From the IMG/VR virus record IMGVR_UViG_3300017909_003206, positions 1-58,651 of that record: DNA of 58,651 nucleotides; one strand, written 5' to 3'. Each line of letters begins with the position of its first letter. The first letter of the stretch is position 1. Below, in pieces: positions 39,820 to 48,160 of the stretch. Under the pieces are notes generated by a model that was not told the DNA's origin, did not search any database, and was given only the letters and a program-made list of their open reading frames with translations. This DNA is from a virus. Taxonomy: Duplodnaviria; Caudoviricetes. The position numbers and the translations under genes were made by a program.

Positions 39820-39848
39820 AATATAATATATATTTAGGTTTTTGTCAA
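39820..39848 (-). promoter_or_regulatory. Sigma70-like promoter with a TAAATA box in the spacer, upstream of queE
   Basis: TTGACA-17 nt-TATATT; the spacer contains CTAAATA. Confidence 0.55.
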
Positions 39849-40270
39849 GAACTTTGTAGAATTTTATTGGTTGCATCTACTAATTCTTCAGTTGTAAACT
39901 TTCCGTTTATATATTTTTCTTCAGATTTTCTATAGTTTCCTTTTTCAGGAATCACATGTCTGACTCCTCCTCTAGGGTCTTCCATGTCGCCTTTACGTCT
40001 TGGAATCAAATGTATGTGCGGATACATTACAGTTTGTCCTGCTTGTTCACCTACATTTTGTCCCAAATTAAATGCATCACAGTAACCACTTTTTACCCAA
40101 TCATAACCCCATGAATAAGCGGCCTTATAACATTTACTTAGATGTTCCCAGTCTTGGTGTTTAGGCACGAACAAAATATGTCCGTCAGTAACAGGATATC
40201 CGTCTTTAAAGACTGTGTAATCACGTGTATCTACTAATACTTCTTTCCACGGTATATCATTAAATTCCAT
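39845..40270 (-). CDS. HIT family nucleotide hydrolase
   Basis: 'P.T.GH.L.VPK' and 'N.G..AGQTV..PHIHLIPR' (the first His of the triad is replaced). Confidence 0.88.
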   Translation of the reverse strand: MEFNDIPWKEVLVDTRDYTVFKDGYPVTDGHILFVPKHQDWEHLSKCYKAAYSWGYDWVKSGYCDAFNLGQNVGEQAGQTVMYPHIHLIPRRKGDMEDPRGGVRHVIPEKGNYRKSEEKYINGKFTTEELVDATNKILQSS

Positions 40271-40827
40271 TAATAAAGGTCCTCAATTTTATCACAAATC
40301 TTAAGTTTCAATGCCTCATTTGCACTTAACCAAACATCTTGTGGTGGCAATAAAACTTCTCTTATTTTCTTTTCGTTCATACCAATACATTTCTTATAGT
40401 GTGTAATCATTCTATCTGTGGAAAGTTCAAACTCTTTTACTTTTGCATAAAGTTCATGCTCTTTACCTCTACTACCCCAACTGTATTGATGTGAAAGTAT
40501 TGCAGTGTTAGGAGTTAGTATACGTTTGCCTTTTTCTCCTGCTATAAAAATTAAAAATCCTGCACTAGCAATAAGTCCTAGTCCTACTGTTTTAATAGGT
40601 ATAGTACTTGCCTTTATTGTATCTATAAGAGCAAATGCGGCATGTACATCTCCTCCAGGTGAATTAATAATTAGTGTTAGTTCTGGCAATGGTTGTGGGT
40701 CTAAGTTTTTGTTCATTATCCATTTAATTGCTTCTTTGCAACTTGCATAATTTATTTGATCCATTAACAGATATACGCCATTACTGTCAACGTTTTGTGG
40801 TTGTGGTTGTACTTTTTCTTTAGCCAT
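40270..40827 (-). CDS. clpP: ClpP-family serine protease subunit
   Basis: 'INSPGG.V', 'G..ASAG' (catalytic Ser), 'HQ' and 'D.WLSA.EA'. Confidence 0.88.
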   Translation of the reverse strand: MAKEKVQPQPQNVDSNGVYLLMDQINYASCKEAIKWIMNKNLDPQPLPELTLIINSPGGDVHAAFALIDTIKASTIPIKTVGLGLIASAGFLIFIAGEKGKRILTPNTAILSHQYSWGSRGKEHELYAKVKEFELSTDRMITHYKKCIGMNEKKIREVLLPPQDVWLSANEALKLKICDKIEDLY

Positions 40828-41353
40828 AACTTGCTACATTCTCCCATGGATAAACCAACCAAACATCTTCTTCTGCTTTGTTGACTTCATCGCAACTAAA
40901 TGAAACTTTACTAAAATTACTAGCAAGGTTTTCTGTTAATACTGCAAACTTTACGTTTTGTCCCCATACCTTATTCCATGCTTCATTATCGGGTAAACAA
41001 CCTGCTTTCCAATCTTCCATAATCCAATTAAAAGTAGCACCTGTATCGTTAATGTCATCTACAATAAGAATATTTTTTCCTTGTCCGCCTGAATCTTGAC
41101 CTGGATAACCTAAAGCATCTTCGGCCATCCAAAAATTACTTTCATTTCCATGTCCGCTATCGTCACGTAGACTTACTTTCAATGCTTCGCAACGTACATC
41201 AATCATATTAGAAATAATAGTTGCTGGCACATTACCGCCGCGTGTAATACCTATAATGTAATCAGGTTTCCAATTTTGCCTGTACATTTGATTAGTAATA
41301 TCAAGGCACATTTTTTCTACATCGTGCCAACTGTAAAATTTCTTTTTAATCAT
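40820..41353 (-). CDS. Type I phosphoribosyltransferase (xanthine/guanine PRT-like)
   Basis: 'GITRGG..PA', PRPP loop 'ILIVDDINDTGAT', and C-terminal 'W.VYPWE'. Confidence 0.88.
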   Translation of the reverse strand: MIKKKFYSWHDVEKMCLDITNQMYRQNWKPDYIIGITRGGNVPATIISNMIDVRCEALKVSLRDDSGHGNESNFWMAEDALGYPGQDSGGQGKNILIVDDINDTGATFNWIMEDWKAGCLPDNEAWNKVWGQNVKFAVLTENLASNFSKVSFSCDEVNKAEEDVWLVYPWENVASYG

Positions 41354-41652
41354 GATAAAACGTCTATCCTGCCTTCCTTAATTGCAATAACTTTATCCCA
41401 ACGGAAACTTCTCCACCCTTGAGCATTTAAGTCCCATACTGCACAAACTTCAGGATTGATCTTTCTAATCTTTTTTTGGCTTAGAGGATCTTCTTTAGTT
41501 GCTTTGGGAATCTGATCTTCCTGTAAAGTACAAGCCATAATTCTGTTATCGCCATTATTCTTTGTAAAAGTAACAGTAAGTACTTTCTCAGTTAAAGTTT
41601 TTCTTACTTGTTCTTGTTGTTCTTGTGTATTCCATTCAAACATTGTTTTCAC
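41350..41652 (-). CDS. WYL-like/SH3-fold phage protein (DUF2693-like)
   Basis: 'V.FTK.NG..R.M.CTL' and 'VWDL...GWRSFR'. Confidence 0.7.
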   Translation of the reverse strand: MKTMFEWNTQEQQEQVRKTLTEKVLTVTFTKNNGDNRIMACTLQEDQIPKATKEDPLSQKKIRKINPEVCAVWDLNAQGWRSFRWDKVIAIKEGRIDVLS

Positions 41653-42109
41653 CTAAATATGTTTTGTGATCAATCCAACGATATCCTTGATGCTTTACAT
41701 GTCTTACAAAACCCCATTCTTTCTGTTTCTTTCCCATATAAAATAGACTCCAACAAGGAATATCATTACCATCTTTATCTTTAGCAAGTTCTAGCCAATG
41801 AAGATCATCTGCTTTTCTAAATCTAAAATGTCCAGGACCACGCCATTTTTTTGTACTGCCTACAACTGCACCTTCTTGTGAATAAACAGGAATGTGTTCC
41901 CAATATCCACCTTTCAGTATTAAGGCCGCCCAGTTCCATGGGTGATCATGTAAAGTGTCTTCATCACTTTTTAAAACTTTGTGCAGTGTAATATTAAAAG
42001 GAAAGTTTTTCCTATCTTTTAAAAAGACATACCAACGAACTAGATAAGGCTCGTTGCTATTTCTATCTCTAATTACACGTTTTCTGTCTTTAAAAAGACG
42101 TCCCAGCAT
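41636..42109 (-). CDS. Cupin-like phage protein
   Basis: 'LH....SD...LHDHPW......LKGGY.E', 'H.LEL' and 'WGF'. Probable start is MLGRLF after GGAG. Confidence 0.6.
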   Translation of the reverse strand: MLGRLFKDRKRVIRDRNSNEPYLVRWYVFLKDRKNFPFNITLHKVLKSDEDTLHDHPWNWAALILKGGYWEHIPVYSQEGAVVGSTKKWRGPGHFRFRKADDLHWLELAKDKDGNDIPCWSLFYMGKKQKEWGFVRHVKHQGYRWIDHKTYLGENNV

Positions 42110-42410
42110 TTGATTCTCCATTCAATTCTTCTTCTGCTTCACACATAGTATACACGGAAATAAACTGATTGTAAAGAGATTTTGCCGCCGGATATTTTTC
42201 CAATAATTCCAAATCAATTCTTTTGGTATTTGGATAAGGATCTAAATCCAATTTGATATCATTTGGATCAAAACTAACAGTACTTACGGTTGTTGCATTT
42301 TCGTAAGGCATATTATTGATAAGACTACTACTATACGCATCAGAATCAGTAATATCGATTGTATAGGTGCCTGTGCTAGTAAAAGTAACAGATGTGTCGT
42401 CATCATTCAT
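42090..42410 (-). CDS. Hypothetical protein
   Basis: GGAGG RBS; '..YPA....Y..F...Y..C' C-terminal pattern. Confidence 0.6.
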   Translation of the reverse strand: MNDDDTSVTFTSTGTYTIDITDSDAYSSSLINNMPYENATTVSTVSFDPNDIKLDLDPYPNTKRIDLELLEKYPAAKSLYNQFISVYTMCEAEEELNGESNAGTSF

Positions 42411-42450
42411 GCTTTGTCCTCCAATAAAAAGTAAAGGGCATTTGCTTCAA

Positions 42451-43137
42451 TTATCTTGGAGCAAATTCTTGTTGAAGTTTCACATTATCTATAAACTCTT
42501 TCTTTGTTGCTGGATCATTTTTAAATGCTCCTCTAAGAACAGTGGTTTGAGTTAATGAACTATGTGCTTGGATACCTCTGTTTTCACAACAACCATGTGT
42601 TGCTTGTACATATACACCAACATGCTCACTACCTGTTTGTTTTTGAATTTCATTAGCAATCATAACATTTAATTCTTCTTGTAGTGTTCCACGTTTTGCA
42701 CACCATTGTGCTATTCTTGTGTACTTGCTTAATCCTAATAGTTTAGGACCAGCAATGATACCAATATATGCTACACCAGATACTGGTTGATGGTGATGTG
42801 AACAAACACTCTTTAGTTCACTTCTTACCACTAGCATACCTTCATAACCGTTTTCAATATAGTTTGGAAAAGCACTTGGATTAGGCATTGGATCATAACG
42901 TCCACTCATAATCTCATTAATATACATTTTTGCCATACGTCTTGCAGTATCCATGCTATTAGGATCTGTTTCAGTATCAATTAGCAAGTGTTGTAAAACA
43001 TTTTCAAAAGCAGGTACTGCCTCATCAATTAATTGTTGCTTTTCATCTGAATCAATATATTTAGAAATATTGTCATTCGCCCAATATCTAATATTATTTT
43101 CTTTAAGTCTTTGTTGAATTTTGTCTTTAATTTTCAT
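42451..43137 (-). CDS. folE: GTP cyclohydrolase I
   Basis: 'T..R.AKMY', 'S.CSHH', 'GLSK..R', 'LQE' and 'H.C...RG'. Confidence 0.95.
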   Translation of the reverse strand: MKIKDKIQQRLKENNIRYWANDNISKYIDSDEKQQLIDEAVPAFENVLQHLLIDTETDPNSMDTARRMAKMYINEIMSGRYDPMPNPSAFPNYIENGYEGMLVVRSELKSVCSHHHQPVSGVAYIGIIAGPKLLGLSKYTRIAQWCAKRGTLQEELNVMIANEIQKQTGSEHVGVYVQATHGCCENRGIQAHSSLTQTTVLRGAFKNDPATKKEFIDNVKLQQEFAPR

Positions 43138-43177
43138 TTTTTATCTCCGATGTTAAGGCAGTGGATTGCCATATAGT

Positions 43178-44278
43178 TTATTGTAACCTCTCAAGTAAAT
43201 TTTTGCAACTAAAATAGTTTTCATTTAGATGAGTAGTCAGTTTATTTAGGTTTACAAGATGCTGATCATAATTTTCCATATAGTCAATTATGCGTTCAAC
43301 AACTTTATCTTTGTTATTTTTATATGCTTCAAATGATTCAGTCCATTCTGACGGATATAAAAATTTGCCAGTGTTTTCCATTTCACTATAACTTAATCTA
43401 TCTGGAACCATTGGCAATGTTCCAACAACAGATCCTTCATACCAACTGATACCAAGTGTTTCTTGCAAATTAGCACTAAACACTAATTTACTTTCACCTA
43501 GTAAGTTATAGTATTCTTTCTTTTGTAAATTGCGTTCCATTGCAATTACAAATTCATATTGTGTCAAAGTTTCTTTTAAATCTCTAAATATTTCTGGTTG
43601 CTTTTCTGGTGCAACTCTATGTGGGAATAAAATTATATTTTTCTTGTCCATCCCAATAAATGGAGTAAGTTCATCTCTCACATAACTCATAGGCCAGCCA
43701 CAACGAACAATCTTACCATTGTCATATCTTGCCTTCCAAGTTTCTTCATATAAAGGATTATGTTCTTTACGACCATCATTTAATAATTCATCAAAAAATA
43801 ACTTTACATGGAATTCAGATGCAAAATAATTATGATCATAACTGTGAAAGAAACTTTTTTCTGCATTTCTAACCCATGGACTATTACCAATCAATCTTCC
43901 TAAGAAGTCTTGAGGATCATAAGATCCGGCATGCCACAATGCGTGTGTAATAATTTTAACTCCAAGCAACTCGGCCATATACTTTAAATTAATAATACCA
44001 GGATGCCAAGCATCAGTAAATAAAAAATGATCACCATCTTTTACTTCGCCTGATGTAAATGCTCTCGATATTACTTCAACTTGTTTTGATTTGTAAATGT
44101 TAGTTCCACCAAAGTTAAGAAATGCGCCTGGAGTAGTTGCATTAGGTATATCTTTTGGACCTTCGACAACATTTACAGTATGTCCGTGTTTCTTTAATAG
44201 TTTTGGAAGATATGTTTTCCACTCTTTAGTGTATCTTGTTTCTACACTTTCTAAATCAATTAACCATACTGTACTCAT
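43178..44278 (-). CDS. GT-B fold glycosyltransferase within the deazaguanine cluster
   Basis: 'FPHR.APEKQPE.F', the GT1/GT4-type donor-binding motif 'S..LQETLGIS..EG...G..P.VPDRLSY.EM', and 'WHAGSYD'. Confidence 0.8.
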   Translation of the reverse strand: MSTVWLIDLESVETRYTKEWKTYLPKLLKKHGHTVNVVEGPKDIPNATTPGAFLNFGGTNIYKSKQVEVISRAFTSGEVKDGDHFLFTDAWHPGIINLKYMAELLGVKIITHALWHAGSYDPQDFLGRLIGNSPWVRNAEKSFFHSYDHNYFASEFHVKLFFDELLNDGRKEHNPLYEETWKARYDNGKIVRCGWPMSYVRDELTPFIGMDKKNIILFPHRVAPEKQPEIFRDLKETLTQYEFVIAMERNLQKKEYYNLLGESKLVFSANLQETLGISWYEGSVVGTLPMVPDRLSYSEMENTGKFLYPSEWTESFEAYKNNKDKVVERIIDYMENYDQHLVNLNKLTTHLNENYFSCKNLLERLQ

Positions 44279-44556
44279 TTAGCAACTCCTATAAGTGTCT
44301 TTATCTTGTCATCTTTATAGTTTAATATTATAGCATCTTCCATGTCTTCAGTCCAACCTTGATCTTGCCAAATAAAATCACGACCATAATGATAACCATG
44401 TACACCTAAAGTATTACAGATTTTAGCAACTGCCTCAACAGTAGTGTAATTGGCATTAAGAGCACCGCCTTCTACACTATTGCCTTGTGCGTCCGTCTTA
44501 TACGGAGTTCTAGTGCTTAAATCTTTTATTTCTATTGTAATACTTTTTGTTAACAC
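44275..44556 (-). CDS. Hypothetical protein
   Basis: ATGA overlap with the glycosyltransferase start. Confidence 0.6.
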   Translation of the reverse strand: MLTKSITIEIKDLSTRTPYKTDAQGNSVEGGALNANYTTVEAVAKICNTLGVHGYHYGRDFIWQDQGWTEDMEDAIILNYKDDKIKTLIGVAK

Positions 44557-44734
44557 GTTTTTTTGCTTTCTTTACATTGTCCCAATTAAGGAACTCTTGA
44601 TAGGTCTTGCCTTTATACAAGTCCTTTTCATCAAACTTACGACCGTTGTGTCTACACCAGTCACGATATTTTTCTAAGTCATCGAAGATTTTAACAATCT
44701 CGGGATGGGCGGCAAAGTAGTCACCGTTAGCCAT
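44510..44734 (-). CDS. Hypothetical phage protein
   Basis: Probable start is the ATG at 44734 after GGAG; 'IFDDLE.YR..CR..G..F.E.DLY'. Confidence 0.6.
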   Translation of the reverse strand: MANGDYFAAHPEIVKIFDDLEKYRDWCRHNGRKFDEKDLYKGKTYQEFLNWDNVKKAKKRVNKKYYNRNKRFKH

Positions 44735-44750
44735 TTTATTTGTCTCCATT

Positions 44751-45194
44751 TTAGTATTTGGGGTACTCGATATGAGCACCATTCTCTCCGTCTTCAGATA
44801 TGTCTATATGAACTTCCCTACCCGGATACTTTTCATGTATCTTAGTATAAAGATCATCTGACATCATTTCACATGATTTGTAATCAAGATCTAATGTTTT
44901 TTCTGCGTATAATTTCTCCATCCAACGTTTGAATTGAATAAACTCAATATCTCTGTCATTGTGTGTTACAGTGATACCTACTTTAAAATGAAATATGTGT
45001 CTGTGTGGATACCCTAAAAAAGACACATCATCCCAATCTCCTGTTGCTAACTTAGGATCATCTAAGGCCGCAGGATACTTATGAATACCTTCTTTTCTAA
45101 AAGTAACCCAAATCATTCTTTTAGCAGTATTCATAATATGTTCTTTAGTTTCTGTTTCCATTTGTTCCTTCATCTTTGTATCTACTATGCTCAT
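44751..45194 (-). CDS. QueD-like T-fold protein with LxxxHRHxF motif (DpdL-like; candidate CDG decarboxylase)
   Basis: 'EGIH.YP', 'LGYPHRHIFHF', 'DRDIEF', 'SCEM', 'SEDGENG'; lacks the QueD CxxxHGH motif. The true start is probably a downstream Met, because a -10 box abuts the first ATG. Confidence 0.7.
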   Translation of the reverse strand: MSIVDTKMKEQMETETKEHIMNTAKRMIWVTFRKEGIHKYPAALDDPKLATGDWDDVSFLGYPHRHIFHFKVGITVTHNDRDIEFIQFKRWMEKLYAEKTLDLDYKSCEMMSDDLYTKIHEKYPGREVHIDISEDGENGAHIEYPKY

Positions 45195-45223
45195 AGTATA
45201 GTGCCTTTCTTATTTGTTGTCAA
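45195..45223 (-). promoter_or_regulatory. Sigma70-like promoter driving the T-fold/glycosyltransferase/folE block
   Basis: TTGACA-17 nt-TATACT on the - strand. Confidence 0.7.
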
Positions 45224-45719
45224 GCGGATTATCATTTTCATACTTTGACCAATCAGTAAATTTTTGCCGATCTTGCAAATCATGTATTTGATGAATCCAA
45301 ACTCCATTGTTTGTTGCTTTAAAGTCTTTATCGTCAATTTTGATACAAGCATTATAATTAAGTTGATTAATATATGGAAGTTTAACACTTATTTGACTAA
45401 TAAATTTGTTATGTTCGTTATAACCTGATTCCAATACCCATTCGTGATGTTTTACATCATAATCAAGTGTAACTGTATAACCTTCACTTAATAAACCAAA
45501 AACAAGATGATCCCAATCTTCATCTGGAAAGAAAGATTGGTTAGCACCTAAGTATATGTGATCAACGTGATGTTTATTTGCTTCACTTAACACTGTTTCT
45601 AATGGTTGTACACCTACAACAAATAGTGTGTCCATATCAAATGCAGGAGTCTTTTCTACTTCATATCCTGTAAAAAATACAACATCATCTTTAATACCGT
45701 TTGAATAATCACGTTTCAT
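45210..45719 (-). CDS. Hypothetical protein in the deazaguanine cluster
   Basis: Lies between dpdA-like and T-fold genes; enzyme-like alpha/beta pattern ('TLFVVG', 'HIYLGAN.SF', 'KIDD.DF'). Confidence 0.7.
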   Translation of the reverse strand: MKRDYSNGIKDDVVFFTGYEVEKTPAFDMDTLFVVGVQPLETVLSEANKHHVDHIYLGANQSFFPDEDWDHLVFGLLSEGYTVTLDYDVKHHEWVLESGYNEHNKFISQISVKLPYINQLNYNACIKIDDKDFKATNNGVWIHQIHDLQDRQKFTDWSKYENDNPLDNK

Positions 45720-45723
45720 AATA

Positions 45724-45906
45724 CTATCCGTTTTTTATTTGATCCTTAATTGCTAATTTTTGTTTTTTAAGTTTTATTAGATGTTCTTTTGTTGGCCAAC
45801 TTCTATCACCGTTACGTTCTTTTTCTACTTCTTCAACCTTATTGTGTAGATAGTTGTGCATGTTTTGTAGTCTTTTTGCATTCTTTGTTTGCCTGCCAGT
45901 TGCCAT
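45724..45906 (-). CDS. Small helical-hairpin protein (DUF465-like)
   Basis: 'L...H..L...V...E......LKKQKL.IKD.I'; GAGGAGG RBS. Confidence 0.6.
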   Translation of the reverse strand: MATGRQTKNAKRLQNMHNYLHNKVEEVEKERNGDRSWPTKEHLIKLKKQKLAIKDQIKNG

Positions 45907-45908
45907 TA

Positions 45909-47366
45909 TTATACCTCCTCAAATAAATTCTGAAACTGTGTAGAAGCATTCACAGTTTTCTTACCTGTTGCGCCTCTAGTGCCGATAATCGACATCCAGA
46001 ATCTGGAAAACTCTTCAATGACTGCGTTTGCAGTGTCTCTGTTGTCAGTTGCGAATATTGCCTCCACAACATCTCTAAATAAAACCCTGTCAAACTGTTC
46101 ATCGACAAGCATGTTTGGAATGATGCCATTGTCGTATTGTCTGTTTGCTTCTTGTACTGCATTAATATGACTCCATACATTATGTCCCATTTGGATTGCA
46201 TATGAAAAACTATCCCAGGATGTTTTTCCTTCTTTACCTATTTTATTTAGGTCCCCAGGTGCGTATATACAAACATCTTTTGCTTGTAAATCTTTTGTTA
46301 CAGGACTATCTAAGAAACTTCCGTGTTTTCCTTCTCTAACAAATGCAGTACCAAAATGTGTTGTATCAGTTGCAAGTGCTTTATCATCGATGCTAGGCAC
46401 CATTCTGTATACCCATTTGCTTCTGTCTTGTGTTTCTAGTTCACAATAAATTTGACCATTTGCTGTAGCAAGGAACGGAGATGCACAGTCAAATGTAATC
46501 GTAAAGTTTGGATTGTGATACTTGCGTACTGCTCTTTGTATATCTGTAAGTAGTGTTGCCCACTCGAGTTTACTAGTACCTAAAAAATGCATAAAGTCAT
46601 GTACACCTTTTTCTAATAAACCATCAAAACGTAAAGACACAAGTCTTTTTAACACTAGATGTACATCACACATATTTTGACCACCCATTGACCATCCATT
46701 AAAATGTGTGTCCGGGTATAGTTTTGGATCACAATAGTCTTTCATTTGCTGATACCAATCTTCTGCATCAGTATGATTTTCACCTTGTAGAACATTTAAG
46801 AACTTACAAGCACCTGTTCTATTTTTCATAAAATAGTCGTTGTTTATTCTTGTTGCCGTTACGGCATCTTGATAGTTTGTAATGCCTGTTGCTTTTTGTC
46901 CTGCAGGTGAACGTGATACCCATGCCGGAATATCAAGTATCATACCATAGTCCATATATGCGTCCATCCAAGTTAATACTTGTTCACGTTTCTTTTTTGC
47001 TTTAGGACAGTTAGGATCTTTCCAATTACCTTCCCAAACACCTTTACCAATTTGAAAGCCTCCCGAGTCACCAAGTAACCAACTGTTTTCTCGATCACGT
47101 TCACGTATCATTAGTTCTTTAGGTGCGTCTTTATTAATGTCAAGTTCGGCATGACCCGCACTGTATAAACTCCAATGATAGTTAAACATACTATCTTTTT
47201 TGTTAAACCAGTTTAGTCCTTCCATCTCGTTGTTTGGAAATGGTATACGACTTTTTTCTACGTATTCTTCTCTACGTTGTTTGCCGATAAAAGTCGCATA
47301 GAAACCACTGATCGCCGGCAAGAAAATCGCATAATCTTTTTGTTCTTTTGTTAGATCAGTGTTCAC
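45909..47366 (-). CDS. dpdA: TGT-superfamily transglycosylase, DpdA-like (inserts 7-deazaguanine derivatives into DNA)
   Basis: 'LGDSGGFQ', 'LDIP', 'NVLQG', 'HFLG' and 'TFDCASPF' are TGT/DpdA core motifs. No C-terminal Zn CxCxxC as in tRNA TGTs. Clustered with folE and queE. Confidence 0.78.
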   Translation of the reverse strand: MNTDLTKEQKDYAIFLPAISGFYATFIGKQRREEYVEKSRIPFPNNEMEGLNWFNKKDSMFNYHWSLYSAGHAELDINKDAPKELMIRERDRENSWLLGDSGGFQIGKGVWEGNWKDPNCPKAKKKREQVLTWMDAYMDYGMILDIPAWVSRSPAGQKATGITNYQDAVTATRINNDYFMKNRTGACKFLNVLQGENHTDAEDWYQQMKDYCDPKLYPDTHFNGWSMGGQNMCDVHLVLKRLVSLRFDGLLEKGVHDFMHFLGTSKLEWATLLTDIQRAVRKYHNPNFTITFDCASPFLATANGQIYCELETQDRSKWVYRMVPSIDDKALATDTTHFGTAFVREGKHGSFLDSPVTKDLQAKDVCIYAPGDLNKIGKEGKTSWDSFSYAIQMGHNVWSHINAVQEANRQYDNGIIPNMLVDEQFDRVLFRDVVEAIFATDNRDTANAVIEEFSRFWMSIIGTRGATGKKTVNASTQFQNLFEEV

Positions 47367-47377
47367 TACTGTTCCTC

Positions 47378-48109
47378 CTACTTACTTTGTGCTGGCAAAA
47401 TATATTCATAAGTTGCTAGACCGCTGTCTACTTGAATCTGCATAGCACCTTGATCTGAAAACTTCATTACCTTATCGCCATCTAAACTTAAAATAGCAAG
47501 TGTTTGTTGTACAGGCCATGCCCACTCATTTTTAAGAGTACCGCTTATACCTGCATGGAAAACAAATTCACCTGCGTGTGTACTTGCATCGCCAAACTTA
47601 AATTTAAGATTAGCACCATCTGTTATAACTGTAAACACAGTTTCTTCAGCATTTGCAGTTGCCTGCATTTTAAATCTTTGCACACTTGCAATAGTTGGTG
47701 AAACTTCTACGTCCCACTGTGCGCCTTTGAACTTAACAGTTTTTAATTTTTCATTAATAATATCTGCGTTCATAAAGCGATAATCATTTTTAAAATCACC
47801 TGTTGCATTTTCAAAGTGTATTCCTACCGGAATAGTTTCACCATTTCTATCTTGTCTTACAACATCAATAGAAGCACCATCTTTGTATTCAGGGCATTTT
47901 AAATGAATGTCAAGTTTATTTAGGTTAGGCATACCAAAAGTACCCTTCATTTCTACTTGAGCATTTTTAGTATTTGCCTGCATGATTACAGAGCGATCCT
48001 CTGCCATGCTATCAATACCAGTTTGTGCATCATCACCGTTTACTTTAACAATGTTAAGAAAGCCAAGTGCGTGTGTATGTGCAACAATATCTTGTAATAT
48101 GTCTTTCAT
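47378..48109 (-). CDS. Probable DNA polymerase sliding clamp (gp45/PCNA-like)
   Basis: 243 aa, directly downstream of the polymerase, with a two-domain beta/alpha pattern and a PCNA-like C-terminus 'G...Y.YILPA'. The call rests on position and pattern. Confidence 0.65.
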   Translation of the reverse strand: MKDILQDIVAHTHALGFLNIVKVNGDDAQTGIDSMAEDRSVIMQANTKNAQVEMKGTFGMPNLNKLDIHLKCPEYKDGASIDVVRQDRNGETIPVGIHFENATGDFKNDYRFMNADIINEKLKTVKFKGAQWDVEVSPTIASVQRFKMQATANAEETVFTVITDGANLKFKFGDASTHAGEFVFHAGISGTLKNEWAWPVQQTLAILSLDGDKVMKFSDQGAMQIQVDSGLATYEYILPAQSK

Positions 48110-48131
48110 AAGTTTTTTCTCCGTTCCTTAT

Positions 48132-48160
48132 ATTATATTTAGAAAATCACTCAATGTCAA
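48132..48160 (-). promoter_or_regulatory. Perfect-consensus sigma70 promoter for clamp-dpdA, overlapped by TAAATA
   Basis: TTGACA-17 nt-TATAAT. The -35 lies in the last codons of the polymerase, and CTAAATA overlaps the -10. Confidence 0.8.

Noticed and set aside
45909-47366. Ordinary queuine tRNA-ribosyltransferase (tgt)
   Set aside because: Lacks the Zn-binding CxCxxC region of bacterial TGT, is longer and divergent, and sits with replication genes. A DNA target is more plausible but unproven.
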